From NCBI GenBank assembly GCA_951406725.2, contig OX597831.1, forward strand, positions 32,674,001 through 32,738,000: 64,000 nucleotides of DNA, in the 5' to 3' direction. Made by a program: the position numbers and the translations under genes. The notes beneath the pieces were generated by a model. That model was not told the DNA's origin, searched no databases, and saw nothing but the letters and a program-made list of their open reading frames with translations. Of the stretch, positions 15,055 to 28,070 are shown one piece after another. Position 1 is the first letter of the stretch, and each line of letters opens with the position of its first letter. The DNA comes from Octopus vulgaris (lineage: Eukaryota).

Positions 15055-15068
15055 TGATGATGATAATA

Positions 15069-15112
<44 letters not shown>

Positions 15113-15235
15113 AATAATAATAATAATAATAATGATGATGACGACGACGACGACGACGACGATGATGACGATGATGATGATGATGACGACAACGACGACG
15201 ACGACGAAGACGACGACGACGACGACGACGATGAC

Positions 15236-15284
<49 letters not shown>

Positions 15285-15286
<2 letters not shown>

Positions 15287-16710
15287 AGAAGGTTCTGGTA
15301 TCCAGCATGCAAGCATGAAAGAGAAAGTTAGGAAGGATTGTTATAGAAGAGTTCGAGCAGTCCTGAAGTCTGAGCTGAATGCATATAATAAGGTGTTAGC
15401 CATACATTCCTTAGCAGTACCAGTTGTTCTTTATAGCTTCAATGTACTTAACTGGAATACCAGTGAAATAATGAAAATTGATAGAAAAATCCGCAAGCTA
15501 CTGTCTTGTAATAAGATGCATCCTCCAAAGGCAGACGTGGATCGTCTTTATCTTCCCAGAGCTCAGGGAGGTCGAGGTTTGATCCAGCTTGAACTTCCAT
15601 ACAAAACCACCACAATCGGACTGGCCAAATACCTTGAAACAACCAACGATTGGATGCTAAAACTTGTTGAAAAACATAAACGACCGAAAAAACTTCACTC
15701 TATTCTAAAAGAGAGCAAAAATTCGCTACTGATCTCTTAGATACCTACCAGGTTGATCAGATTGAAGGAAATGCGCCAACTGCTGCTGCAAACAAAATAA
15801 AATTAATTGCAAAGACAAAAGCGCATGAAAAATTAGCTAGCAGATGGGAACAGAAACCTCTGCATTGCAAGTATGTGGTCCGTAGCAAACAAGCTGATGT
15901 TGACCAGAAACACACGCATCAATGGTTACGAAACTTAGGGCCAAAAGCAGAGAGTGAAGGTTTCATATTAGCTGCTCAAGACCAAAGCTTATTAACCCGG
16001 AACTACCAAGCCAATGTGATAAAAAAATGGAGCTGACCCAAAATGCCGATTCTGTAACGATGAGATTGAAACTATAGACCACCTAATCTCAGGGTGTAGA
16101 GTCTTAGCACCTGTAGAATATAAAGCAAGACATGACAGAGTCGGCCAGTATTTACACTGGACAATAAATCGGCATTATAAAATCAAAACCGCTGACAAAT
16201 GGTATAAACACCATCCTGAAGCTGTGACTGAGGGAGAAAATGTGTCGATTCTATGGGACTTCCCCGTACCTACCGACAAAACTATAAAAACTAATAAACC
16301 GGATGTTATTATAAAAGATCAGACAAAAAGGATGTGTTTATTAATCGATATGAGTATTCCTTGTGATCACAATATAGCGGCGAAAGAATTTGACAAGATC
16401 AGTAAATATAAAGACTTGCTAAGAGAAAATTTTAAACAGTACCAGGGATTGTAGGAGCTCTAGGAATGATAAAAAGTGGTACTGAAACCTATTTGAAAAT
16501 GATACCAGGCTTACCATCCCAACAGGAAGTGCAAAAAATCGTGTTAACAGGAACGACTCATGTACTGAGAAGAGCATTATCCATTCATGAATTTATTTAT
16601 TTATAAATTTTTTTAAATACATATTTTACCTGTGAATTTGCGTGTGTAATCTGGGGGTACATACAATGAGCTTCTCTGCCCTAGGTGTACGGAAAAGAAG
16701 AAAGAAGGAA
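15285..16710 (+). mobile_element. 5'-truncated R4/Dong-type retrotransposon (RT C-terminus, CCHC, RLE, 3' UTR) ending in (TAA)n
   Basis: KADVDRLYLPRAQGGRGL; FILAAQDQSL; CRFCNDEIETIDHLISGC; LWDFPVPTDKTIKTNKPDVII..LIDMSIP..KISKYKDL. Few lesions; followed by (TAA)n. Confidence 0.92.
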
Positions 16711-16732
16711 TAATAATAATAATAATAATAAT

Positions 16733-16794
<62 letters not shown>

Positions 16795-16796
<2 letters not shown>

Positions 16797-17350
16797 GCCC
16801 TGATGCAGTAACAGGCAGTGGCTCTCATGGCTTCTGATCTTAACTGATTGGAAGTGTTATCATGTACATTGTTTTGTCTTGGTATAAAAGATGGGCTACA
16901 GCAAATATTCTGCTCAATACCACAGATTTGCTTGTCAGTTGTTTGACCTTAACCAGTTGAGCATGTCCCTTAGTGGCTGACGATATGTGCATCTCTGATC
17001 ACGAGCAGAAGTAGTGGGGGAGCATCATAGCCATGTGTTGAGAGGGATTCTTTGGGGTTTGAATAGTTCACCTCTGGAAACATGGGTGGTTCTTTCAACA
17101 TCCTTAAGCAACCCTTATTCAGGGACCGTTTGAGCGGGATGGGCTACTCAACCTGAAGAAAATTCTAACTGGGCCCCACCAGCAAGGTCATGTGCTGTTT
17201 ATCTTGATATGAGATCACCATGTCGCGCACATATGGTTGTGATGCATGTGCCTGGTGTACCTTTATCAGACGGGTAGTCATGATGGGTATATTGGGCTTC
17301 GTATATTTTACCCCAGTGTCACTTTGATGGCATGAACTGCTCTCTCACTC
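16795..17350 (+). mobile_element. 556-bp non-coding element flanked by (TAA)n, copy 2
   Basis: Same termini and length as 2511-3066. Confidence 0.85.
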
Positions 17351-17422
<72 letters not shown>

Positions 17423-17959
17423 TATGATGATGATGATGATAATGATGATGATGATGATGATGATGATGATAATAATAACAATAATAATAATAATAATAAT
17501 AATAATGATGATGATGAAGATGATAATGATGATGATGATGATGATGATAATGATGATGATGATGATAATAATAATAATAATGATAATAATAATAATGATA
17601 ATAATAATAATAAATAATAATAATAATACGTATTGAGAAGAGCATTGTTGCTGTGAATTCTCTTTCTTTTCTCCTTTATTTTCTTTGTTTTCTTTTTTCA
17701 TGTTTTCTTTTTTCCTTCTTACCCTTTTCTCTCTGCCTTTCTTCCTCTTTTTTTTCTGTCACATGACTTTGTAGATGAACAATCTAGTGCGTTTATTTTA
17801 ATGGCCTACCAATGTATAAAGTGAGTTTCTTTGCCCTAGGTGTCGGGAAGACTCTCAGCAAGAAAGGGAAACAAAATTGAAAGAAGAGGATAGTGTTAAC
17901 AACAACAACAGCAGCATCAATAAAAACAACAACAACGACAACGACGACGACGACGACAG

Positions 17960-18011
<52 letters not shown>

Positions 18012-18670
18012 AATGATGATGATGATGATGACGACGACGATGATGATAACGTGACTGAATCCCATACTTGACCATTCCCATCCAAATGGAACCTGCATTT
18101 CTTTACTTCTGAGTCTGCTACTAACAAAGACACTTAACCTCTTTCCAATGCGAAATTCTTCAAACATAAACGAAGACGGCGTCTTCTTATTTCTCCGAGA
18201 AAAATGATGGAATAGTAAGAACTAGTATCGCAGGCAGTAGTTATTGGTATAATTAGTGAGATATTAGTCATTTGGTGCCCACGCATCCGACTAATAGTTG
18301 AAGAATGGAGCCACAGAAACTGTCGTCTGTTTACTTTCAAATTGTGAGGTCAGGTCTTAGGGTTGACCTCTAATGAGGTCAATGTCGCTGAACCAATAGA
18401 GAGAGAGATGGTGAGCGAGAGATAGAAATAGTGACAGATATAGAGAGATAGATAGAGAGAGGGAAGAGAGAGGAAAAAGAGTTAGATATATATTGAGAGA
18501 ACCAGTTATCTTTTCTCTCTCCCTTTCTCTTTTTCTGTATACACCGGCATAAACACATGCACGCCCTCTGTGTACGTGTTTGTGCGCGGGTATTTGTGTG
18601 TGTATACATGTATGAATGTATGTATGTATGTATTTATATACATACATACATACATACATACATACATACA

Positions 18671-18703
<33 letters not shown>

Positions 18704-18724
18704 CTATAAATGTATGTATGCTTG

Positions 18725-18777
<53 letters not shown>

Positions 18778-18950
18778 CATATATGCACACATACATACGT
18801 GTGTTATGTATGTTTGTGAGTATCTCTCTCTCTATCTATCAATATATCCATCTGTCCGTCTGTCTGCCTGCCTGTCTGCCTGCATGTCTGTATATACATA
18901 CATACATATGTATATATATATAAATGTATGTATGCTGGTATGTATGTATG

Positions 18951-19016
<66 letters not shown>

Positions 19017-19052
19017 TGCACACATACATACGAGTATTATGTATGTTTGTGA

Positions 19053-19086
<34 letters not shown>

Positions 19087-19113
19087 CTATCAAGCTGTCT
19101 GTTTGCCTGTCTG

Positions 19114-19177
<64 letters not shown>

Positions 19178-19210
19178 CCTGTTTGTCTGTCTGTCTATCT
19201 ATCTATCTAA

Positions 19211-19303
19211 GGTCGGGCGGAGGTGGCGAACTCGTACATCGCGTCCGTCATCCACTACCGCCTGACCGTCGTGCCTTGTCCCGACCCTACCATCACCAAA
19301 CTA
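19211..19303 (+). mobile_element. Short internal fragment of Tx1/L1-type ORF2 inside a (TATC)n tract
   Basis: GC-rich island translating [31 protein letters not shown], resembling the post-RT 'LSxxGRxxVxNxxIxSxxxY' region of Tx1/L1 ORF2. Confidence 0.6.
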
Positions 19304-19749
19304 GTCTATCTGTCTGTCTGTCCGCCCATGTATGTACTACATACGTACGTACGTATGTATATATATGTGTGTGTGTGTGTGTATATAAAGATATGATAGT
19401 GGGCAACATCCTTGTGTCCGCGCCATGTTGCCGAGAACGGTGTGGTTATGACGTATGATGGCTTCCCTCCCCGACTCCTAAAGTCACAGTCATATACTGG
19501 GGTTGACTTAATAATATTCATATAAAGCAGAAATACTGGTGTGGTGATACGTGCTGGTAACACGGCTTGATGTGATTGTGTCATGGCATAGCCATAGCAT
19601 GGCGTGGCGTCTGTGATAGCATACTGTGACACATAGCATGAACACTGCTTGGTGTTGATATATCGTAACGTGTTGTGGTTACATTGTAAAGAGGTGTTGC
19701 GTTCTGCATAATTAGTGCGGAAGTATAACATTGTAAGCTATGGTGAAAT

Positions 19750-20215
19750 TGCGAAAGCGCGTAGATTGGTGGTTAAGGGTGTTCTGTTCACAATTATACG
19801 GTCGTGAGTTCGATAATTGGCGACGCGTTGTGTCCTTAAGAATGATCCTTTTTTTTTATCATTGCTTCGGTTCATTGAGCCTTGTTACATTCAGTGTTAT
19901 AATATAATAATAATAATAATGAAATTATTGTATACAGTGCTCAGGTGCACCACAACTTGCCAAAAGTGCGTATAAAGAATATGCAGTAATGTAAAAATGT
20001 CTGGAAAGTGAACAGTGTATGAGTCAGATACATGCTTGCGTGTGTATGGAGGAGAGAAAATCAGGTGTAGTGTTGGCGAATCTCCTCCCTGAGAACTTCC
20101 TTAAGAGCACGCGTGTCTGTGGAATACTCAGCCACTTGCACATTAATTTCACGAGCTGACTGTTCCGTTGATTGGTTCTACTGGAACCCTCGTCGTCGCA
20201 ACCGACGGAGCCCCA
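19750..20215 (+). mobile_element. SINE family B copy split by an antisense LINE-like 3' end with a TTA tail
   Basis: Head (gtggttaagg..gtgagttcgat..gttgtgtcctt) and tail (20090-20215, matching the 28546-28936 tail) separated by 19910-20085. Confidence 0.55.
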
Positions 20216-21119
20216 GTATACTATCAATTTACTGCTCTGTACCCAGGTGGCTTCACGGTACACCTGGGTCCCATTTGACGCCGTTTCAAATACTAACCAA
20301 GTCACATTAGTATGAACAACATACTACTGAAATTACGATCCAATAGCAACGTCTTCGCCCAAGGGACACAACTAAAGAGGGCGCTGCAACATCCACTCTC
20401 CTCCGCATCACCCCTTCCTATACTGTCTCTGTCTGTCTGTGTGTCGACACCTCTAACCAATGAGTTTTATTAGTAGACAAGACAGTAAATAATCACCATT
20501 GAACAAACCATTTAGCCTGTGGGTGGGGGAATGCGGGGGTTTAAGATGATTGTATTGGTTGTAGTGTTAGTGGTGGTGATGGGGATCGCGGTGACGTTGG
20601 TGTTATTGATAGCGGTGTTGGTGGTAGTGAGGTAATGCTGGTGTTGGTACCAGTATGGCTGTTGTGGATGCTGGTGGTAGTAGCATCATTAGTGGAGGAG
20701 GTAGTTATGGCGTTAGTGGTGATGGTGGTTGTAGTGGTGGTGTTGGTGGCGTAAGCAGAAGTGGCGATGGTAGTGGTGATGAAGGTGGTGAAAGTGGTGA
20801 TAGTGGTTGTGGTGGTAGTGTTGGCGGTAGTAGTACTACTGTCAACATTGCTGGTTTTGGTGGTGATAATGGTGGTGATGGTGTTGGTGGTAGTGTTGGC
20901 GGTGGAGACGAATTGTTGGTAAAGGTGGTAGTGGAGATAGTGGTATTCACAACGGTGATATGGTGTTGGTGATGGTGGTGATGATTATAGTCGAACGTGG
21001 CGGAAAATATTCCTCACCCCCTTTGACGAAGGCCCTTGCCCTTGGAGTTCAGGGAGATCTTGGATGGCGGGATTCTTCGATGGTTCCTAAAAGGTCTTCC
21101 TGTATGAGGAGGATTGCAT

Positions 21120-21490
21120 CATCGTTATCACCACTGCCGCCGCCACCGCCGCTGCCTCCGCTGTCGCCTCCACCCCCCCCGCTCCACCTCCATTCCATCT
21201 CCGCCTCCACCTCGCCTCCACCACCGTTGTCGCTGCCTCCGCGGCCACTGCCTCCGCGGCCACTGCCTCCGCGGCCACTGCCTCCGCGGCCACTGCCTCC
21301 GCGGCCACTGCCTCCGCCGCCGCCGCCGCTGCCGCCTCCACCGCCTCCACCGCCGCGGCGCCGCCTCCACCGCATCCACCGCCGCGGCGCCGCCTCCACC
21401 GCCTCCACCGCCTCTGCCGCCGCCGCCGCTTCCACCACCGCCGCCGCTTCCACCGCTTCCATCCATCCCCACTTCCACCGCCACCACCAC
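21120..21490. repeat. GC-rich CCG/CCA minisatellite incl. (GCCTCCGCGGCCACT)x5
   Basis: Direct inspection. Confidence 0.9.
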
Positions 21491-21850
21491 TTTGATTCTA
21501 GAAATATTTCAAAGGAAATATTCCTAGGAGAAAGTCCGTTTCCGCTTCTGTTTATTGCGATTAAAGCAGTCTCTTCTTTTGCAAAAGTCCAATGGTTATG
21601 TCCGAAGGTCATAACAGATGCTAATGTATCTAATATTCTTTTTTTTTGGGGCGATCTTTGATTGAAATATCTGTAACGATAAGAAACAATTCTTTCCTAT
21701 TTAGCTAAATAAATTCAAGTAGTCATACCTGCGTATGTACCTACGTGTGTATTTATGTATGTGTATCTATGTATGATACATACACACTCACACACATACA
21801 CACATGACTATAAATATATATGTGTGTGTGTATATATATGCGTGTGTATG

Positions 21851-21963
<113 letters not shown>

Positions 21964-22174
21964 GACTTATAACGGAATTTTTAAGAATTTCCGTCGACTT
22001 ACTTCGTGACTCGTGTTTATAGAAATAAATTATATGGTTATTGACAATTTGTCTATTTTCGGCATATTTGGCATTAGAATTTTTTTCTTTTGCCCTTGTT
22101 TATAAATTTAACCTTTAAAGGTATTTTTTAATATGCTGGCCATTCATAACATTTTTTCGAAAAATTTTATCGTA

Positions 22175-22209
<35 letters not shown>

Positions 22210-22225
22210 AACACACACACACTCT

Positions 22226-22339
<114 letters not shown>

Positions 22340-22677
22340 CACAATGGGACAAGAACGCAAAACATCCGGACAGCTAGGTGATGCAAAAAAGGACAACAAA
22401 ACATCCTGACAGATGATACAAAGAAAACAAGGACGGGTCATTCGAAGCCCTCTATCCTCAGTCAAGCACCAGATTATCCTCGCAATTTCGGCTGATTATT
22501 CTTGAGATTGCTCCAAGAAGAAGAATTAAGGAGGGGCGAGAAAAAAGGACAGGGACACAGTGAAGTGAAAAGTGTATTTATATTTGTGTACCTTTGTCCG
22601 TTTTTTCCGTCCTTATTTTTGTATACATTCGCTGCTTTCTTCCAAGGAATCTAATACTCTTAGCTTAGTTTATAGAG

Positions 22678-23147
22678 GGGTTTAAAATTTTCGGTATGCA
22701 AATTAGGGACTCCTGCATTGAATAACTGCTGCATTTGTTGAGTATTTAAACAGTTTATAAAGTGTTAAACATTTTCGGCATGCACATTAGGGACTCCTTC
22801 ATAGAATAACTGCTGCATTTGTTGAGTATTTAAACAGTTTATAAAGTGTTAAACATTTTCGGCATGCACATTAGGGACTCCTTCATAGAATAACTGCTGT
22901 ATTTGTTGAATATTTAAACAGTTTATAAAGTGTTAAACATTTTCGGTATGCAAATTAGGGACTCCTTCATAGACTAACTGCTGCCTTTGTTGAGTATTTA
23001 AACAGTTTATAAAGTGTAAAAAATGTTCGGCATGCAAATTAGGGACTCCTTCATAGAATAACTGGTGTGTTTGTTGAGTATATATACAGTTTATAAAGTG
23101 TTAAAATTTTCGGTATGAAAATTAGGGATCCCTTCATAGAATAAATG
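22678..23147. repeat. 84-bp tandem minisatellite, about 5.6 copies
   Basis: ATTTTCGG recurs at 22687, 22771, 22855 and 22939, with further copies near 23023 and 23107. Confidence 0.95.
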
Positions 23148-23211
23148 TTGAAGTGAATCTAACGGTTTTTGTATAGTTCTTAAGTGACTTATAAACACCT
23201 TCCACGCTGCA

Positions 23212-23292
<81 letters not shown>

Positions 23293-23493
23293 AGAATTCA
23301 CAAAAAACAAAAGACGAAGACAGGTGGTGTAGACAACAAACAGATGTATTAGTATAACGCTCGGGTAGTGAAAAAGTTTTTAATGTTTCGAGCCTACGTT
23401 CTTCCACAGAAAAGAACTCAGAAAGAAACAAGGAGAGAAAATAAGAATGTGTAGTGGCTATCTATATACACACACATATACATATAAAGTTGT

Positions 23494-23563
<70 letters not shown>

Positions 23564-23989
23564 GAGTTGTAGTAGAACAGTGCACCAATGTTTACTGGAA
23601 ATAGCGGTCTATAAATTCATGACGGTATAGTAAAGCTTCACTGTATACTGGCAAATACGTGTGAGGGCAGCAAACATAAAAAAAAATTTCGTCTTACCCC
23701 TAGGAAGAACATTAGGTAAATAGACAACCCAGAATTGGATAATATAATACCTAGGTTTCGGACTCTTCATATACGTTTGTTATATATAAATAAAAAATAT
23801 ATACGTATGTACATACAAATGCATACATACATACATATATATATGTTACGTATGTAAGTATATATGTATATTAAAACAAAGACTGAACATTTTGATATAT
23901 TTTTAATTCCATGTTACACTTGTTTCATTACAGTATACGAAATACATCATGAGTATAGTTATAACTATTATTAACCATAGTAATAATAT

Positions 23990-24162
23990 TCTTTTCTACT
24001 TTAGGCACAAGGCCCGAAATGTTTGGGTAGGGGGCCAGTCGATTAGATCGACACCAGTACGCAACTTATCGACTCCGAAAGGACGAAAGGCAAAGTTGAC
24101 CTCGCCGGAATTTGAATTCAGAACGTAAAGACAGACGAAAAACCGCTAAGCATTACGCCGCC
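23990..24162 (-). mobile_element. SINE family A copy
   Basis: ggcaaagttgacctcgccggaatttgaattcagaacgt. Confidence 0.75.
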
Positions 24163-24191
24163 TTTTCATAGTAATAATATTATAAATATGA

Positions 24192-24694
24192 CTAGCACTA
24201 TGACCCGGCAACGTGTAAAAGCTTGGCAGGGCTTAAAAGTCTTATAAGGGCATCACGTGGCAACAATAATGAATCATTTCAGTAAGTCTTCTTGGCAATG
24301 ACTTTTTGCGTGTAACGAGGATGCAGCTGTGTGACGCTGGGTCATAGTGCTAGTGCATGCATATACAGTTGCGTGCGTGCGCACGTACACGTGAGTACTG
24401 TCCAAATCTCCGACCAATCACATGCAGATAGCGGGCATTCAATTGGCGTATCAAGTTTCGGGCATTTTGATTGGGTTTTGGATAGAAAATTCACAAAAAA
24501 GTCACTTCTATTGATTTTTTAATGGCTTTGCAGGGTGACTGGCGAAATGTAAAGATGTGCTCGATCACCCTTGGACGGTTTTGAATGACCATAAAAAGTG
24601 CGAGCCCTTTAACTGAAAAATTGTGGATTTGTATAAAGGACACGTACACACACAGACAGACAGACATTTTGCCGTTTATATATATAGAGAGAGA
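24192..24694 (-). mobile_element. Non-autonomous Helitron (second family)
   Basis: Minus strand 5' TCTCTCTCTATATATATAAACGGCAAAATGTCTGTCTG; 3' GCCGGGTCATAGTGCTAG followed by T. Confidence 0.75.
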
Positions 24695-25124
24695 TAAACT
24701 CATAATAGGTATATACAAGTAGAAAACATGTATATAAACACTTAAACTGTGTCTGTACAGACAAAAATGCATAAATATTATTTCTGATTGTTTGAGGAGT
24801 CAAAGTTTAGGAGATCCTCTACATGTTTTCTACATTATGAATTGATGACCCTATTATGAATTGATAGAACTATTATGAATTGAGTGCGGAGGAGAAAAGG
24901 TAAGCAAGAGGAAGAAGGGAAGAAATAGAGGGAAAGGAAGAAGGTGAAGATGAAGAAGAAAAAGAAAGGGAGTAGGAGAAGGAAAGAAAACATGTAGAAA
25001 ACATGTAGAGGATCTCCTAAACTCTGACTCCTCAAACAAAAGAAAGGGAGTAGGAGAAGAAAAAGAAGGCGAAGAAAAAGAGCAACAGCTACACATCATC
25101 ATCATCATTAGCAGCAGCAGCAAG

Positions 25125-25520
25125 TGGAGGTGCAATGGCCCAGTGGTTAGGGCAGCGGACTCGCGGTCGGAGGATCGCGGTTTCGATTCCCAGACCGGGC
25201 GTTGTGTGTGTTTATTGAGCGAAAACACCTAAAGCTCAACGAGGCTCCGGCAGGGGGATGGGTGGCGACTCCTGTTGTACTCTTTCGCCTCAACTTTCTC
25301 TCACTCTTTCTTCCTGCTTCTTGTCCCCGACTTCCTACGCAACCGCTGAACCTGGATGCGCATTCATCCATCCGTCGATGCTCTCGGTGTCGGGGGTTGA
25401 CCTGCTTTCTCTTCTGCGGATCTTACGAATAGCAAAGGACCACGTTTCGAACTCCTCCCACTACAGAGGCGCGATCTTGCGAGCTCTGGGACGAAGAACG
25501 CTTCGCTCAACAAACAAACA
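25125..25520 (+). mobile_element. Full-length tRNA-derived SINE (family B head, variant tail)
   Basis: A box TGGCCCAGTGG, B box GGTTTCGATTCCC, (CAAA)n tail, flanking repeat CAGCAGCAGCAA. Confidence 0.85.
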
Positions 25521-25760
25521 AATCAGCAGCAGCAATAACAACAACAACAACAACAGTACACCAACAAAAACAGCACAAACAGTAGAAACAACAATATATA
25601 GAGCGACTGTGATAGTCGCATCAAACAACATCGTCGTGATGTAGAAGAGGGGAGAGAGAGAGGAGAGAGAGGGAGAGAAAGTGAGAAAGGAAGGAGAGAG
25701 GAATAGATAGAAAGAAATGGATTGCATGTATGTGTGCGTGTGTGTAAGGGAGATATATAT

Positions 25761-25816
<56 letters not shown>

Positions 25817-25912
25817 CGAAAGAGAGAGAGAGAGAAATAGATAGATAATGTGTGTGTGTGTAGGTGTGTGTGTTTTGGGAAGAGAAAGAGAGATATAATG
25901 TGTGTGTGTGTA

Positions 25913-25974
<62 letters not shown>

Positions 25975-26221
25975 TACAAGAGCGGACAAGTGAATAAGAT
26001 GGCGGTGAGAATCTATTAGAATTGGAAAGTTAAACACTTTGGTGGAAATGTTGATGAATGTTGATAGAATGTACTGGTGGCGGTGGTGGTGGTGACGATA
26101 ATGGTGATAATGATGGTGGTGGTAATGATGGTGGTGATAGTGGTGGTATACAGTGTGGTGACAGGAGTGGTGGTGTGGTGTAGTGCTGGCGACATGGGGA
26201 CCAGGATGGTACAGTGTTTAA

Positions 26222-26451
26222 AGGCGGCGAGCTGGCAGAATCGTTAGCACGCCGGGCGAAATGTTTAGCGGTATTTCGTCTGCTATGCTCTGAGTTCAAA
26301 TTCCGCCGAGGTCAACTTTGCCTTTCATCCTTTCGGGGTCGATTAAATAAGTACCAGTTGCGCACTGGGGTCGATATAATCGACTTAATCCGTTTGTCTC
26401 TCCTTGTTTGTCCTCTCTGTGTTTAACCCCTTGTGGGTAGTAAAGAAATAG
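26222..26451 (+). mobile_element. Full-length SINE family A
   Basis: GGCGGCGAGCTGGCAGAATCGTTAGC..GAGTTCAAATTCC..GGGTAGTAAAGAAATAG. Confidence 0.85.
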
Positions 26452-27577
26452 CTATAATGTTTGGTGGTAGAGGCGGCCATGTTGTTGGTTTGTAGTGGTG
26501 GTGTGGATGGTAGAGGCAGTGATGACTGTGTGGTGGTGAGGTGTGTGTGTGATATTGGGGTAGTGTATACAGAAACAGAAGCAACACCATTAGCAGTGCA
26601 GAGCAGAAGGCCCAGCTGAAAGAAGCCCTGTAAGATATGGTCGTGGGGAAGGGAAACCTTTAGCTATCGCATTTTAAAGGGTTGAATTTACAGATCATCA
26701 GCATCGTTCTGGGTGCCGAAAACCTTGCCTCGAAATAAGCTGGAAGAGTAAGTCTCAAGGCCGCCCTTATATTTTTTCCCTAGTTTTTTTGGGTGACAGC
26801 AAGGGTCATAAGCAACAATGTTGGTCCCTGGCTTATAAGTATCTTTGTAGAGTAGTAAAGATAGAGATGGCCAGTGTATGGAATACAAAGAGCTATATGT
26901 TGTCCGGAGCTGTTAGAATGGACTTCTGTCTTAAGTAATCTCAGAGAGTTTTATTGAACCACAGGGGTCATACTGGAGCTATGCCGCGTCGCGAGCGCTG
27001 AAACAAAAGGGATGCGACTCGTGGTGCGGAGCAAAAACCATCATTGTTACAGTCGTGTTGGGGTGGGTTGTGTGTCCTGGTGGGAAAGAGTGTGATGGTG
27101 CAAGCGTAGCAGTAGTGAAGCTGTTACCGCTGTTGCTGTTGTTGGTGGCGATAGTAGCGGTGGTGTTGTCGGTTTGGAGGCGGTGGTGTTGTGTGTATCA
27201 TAACAATGATGGTGTAGGTGATAATAAATCTTTTTTTCGGAAGTCCTACGAAGGAGTATGGCCAATGCCTTTCCTCATCTAATTACTGTCTTGAGATCAA
27301 GTATTCACAGGGCTGTAGTTGAACCTGATTTCCACAGAGTATAACTAATCCAGACGGCAATTTTGTCTCTGAGCGGGACGCCAGTCCGTCGTAGGGTGAC
27401 CTCTCTACGGCTGAGTGGACTGGAGCAATGAGAAAGGAAGCGTTTTGCTCAAGAACACAATGCATAGGCAGGGTGTTTTAGTAGCTTAATTGGGATCCGG
27501 GAAAATCCTTGCACTGAGCCCTATTTTATGTTGACAGCAAGCCACAGCATACATAAATCAGAATTGAAACCTTAGAC

Positions 27578-28007
27578 TAGTGGTTCTCAACCCTTTTTTC
27601 ATCTATCGACCCCGTTTGATTACTATTTTATTCTCGCGGACCCCCACCACTAAAGTCAATCGATGTTTAAAAAACTAATTTTATAAAAAACTTCGTTCAA
27701 AATTCCTATTTTGTTTTTCCCACGTTAACTTGTGTCGGTTGAACTGTGTAAAAAAAAAAAAACATCAGGGAAAGAAACTGATCGGTCTATACTCTTTTTA
27801 CTCTTTTACTTGTTTCAGTCATTTGACTGCGGCCATGCTGGAGCACCGCCTTTAGTCGAGCAAATCGACCCCGGGACTTATTCTTTTTGTAAGCCCAGTA
27901 CTTATTTTATCGGTCTCTTTTGCCGAACCGCTAAGTTACGGGGACGTAAACACACCAGCATCGGTTGTCAAGCAATGCTAGACAGACAAACACAGACACA
28001 CAAACAT

Positions 28008-28070
<63 letters not shown>

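Noticed and set aside
20960-21661. Proline-rich 233-aa ORF (formin/extensin-like)
   Set aside because: Product of CCG repeats; no domain context or splice evidence.
22678-23147. 84-bp period suggesting C2H2 zinc-finger repeats or CRISPR
   Set aside because: Frames checked contain stops and no CxxC/HxxxH; no unique spacers or cas genes; eukaryotic context.
25125-25200. tRNA-like sequences (also 28860-28936, 46585-46630)
   Set aside because: SINE heads continuing into SINE bodies or fragments, not tRNA genes.
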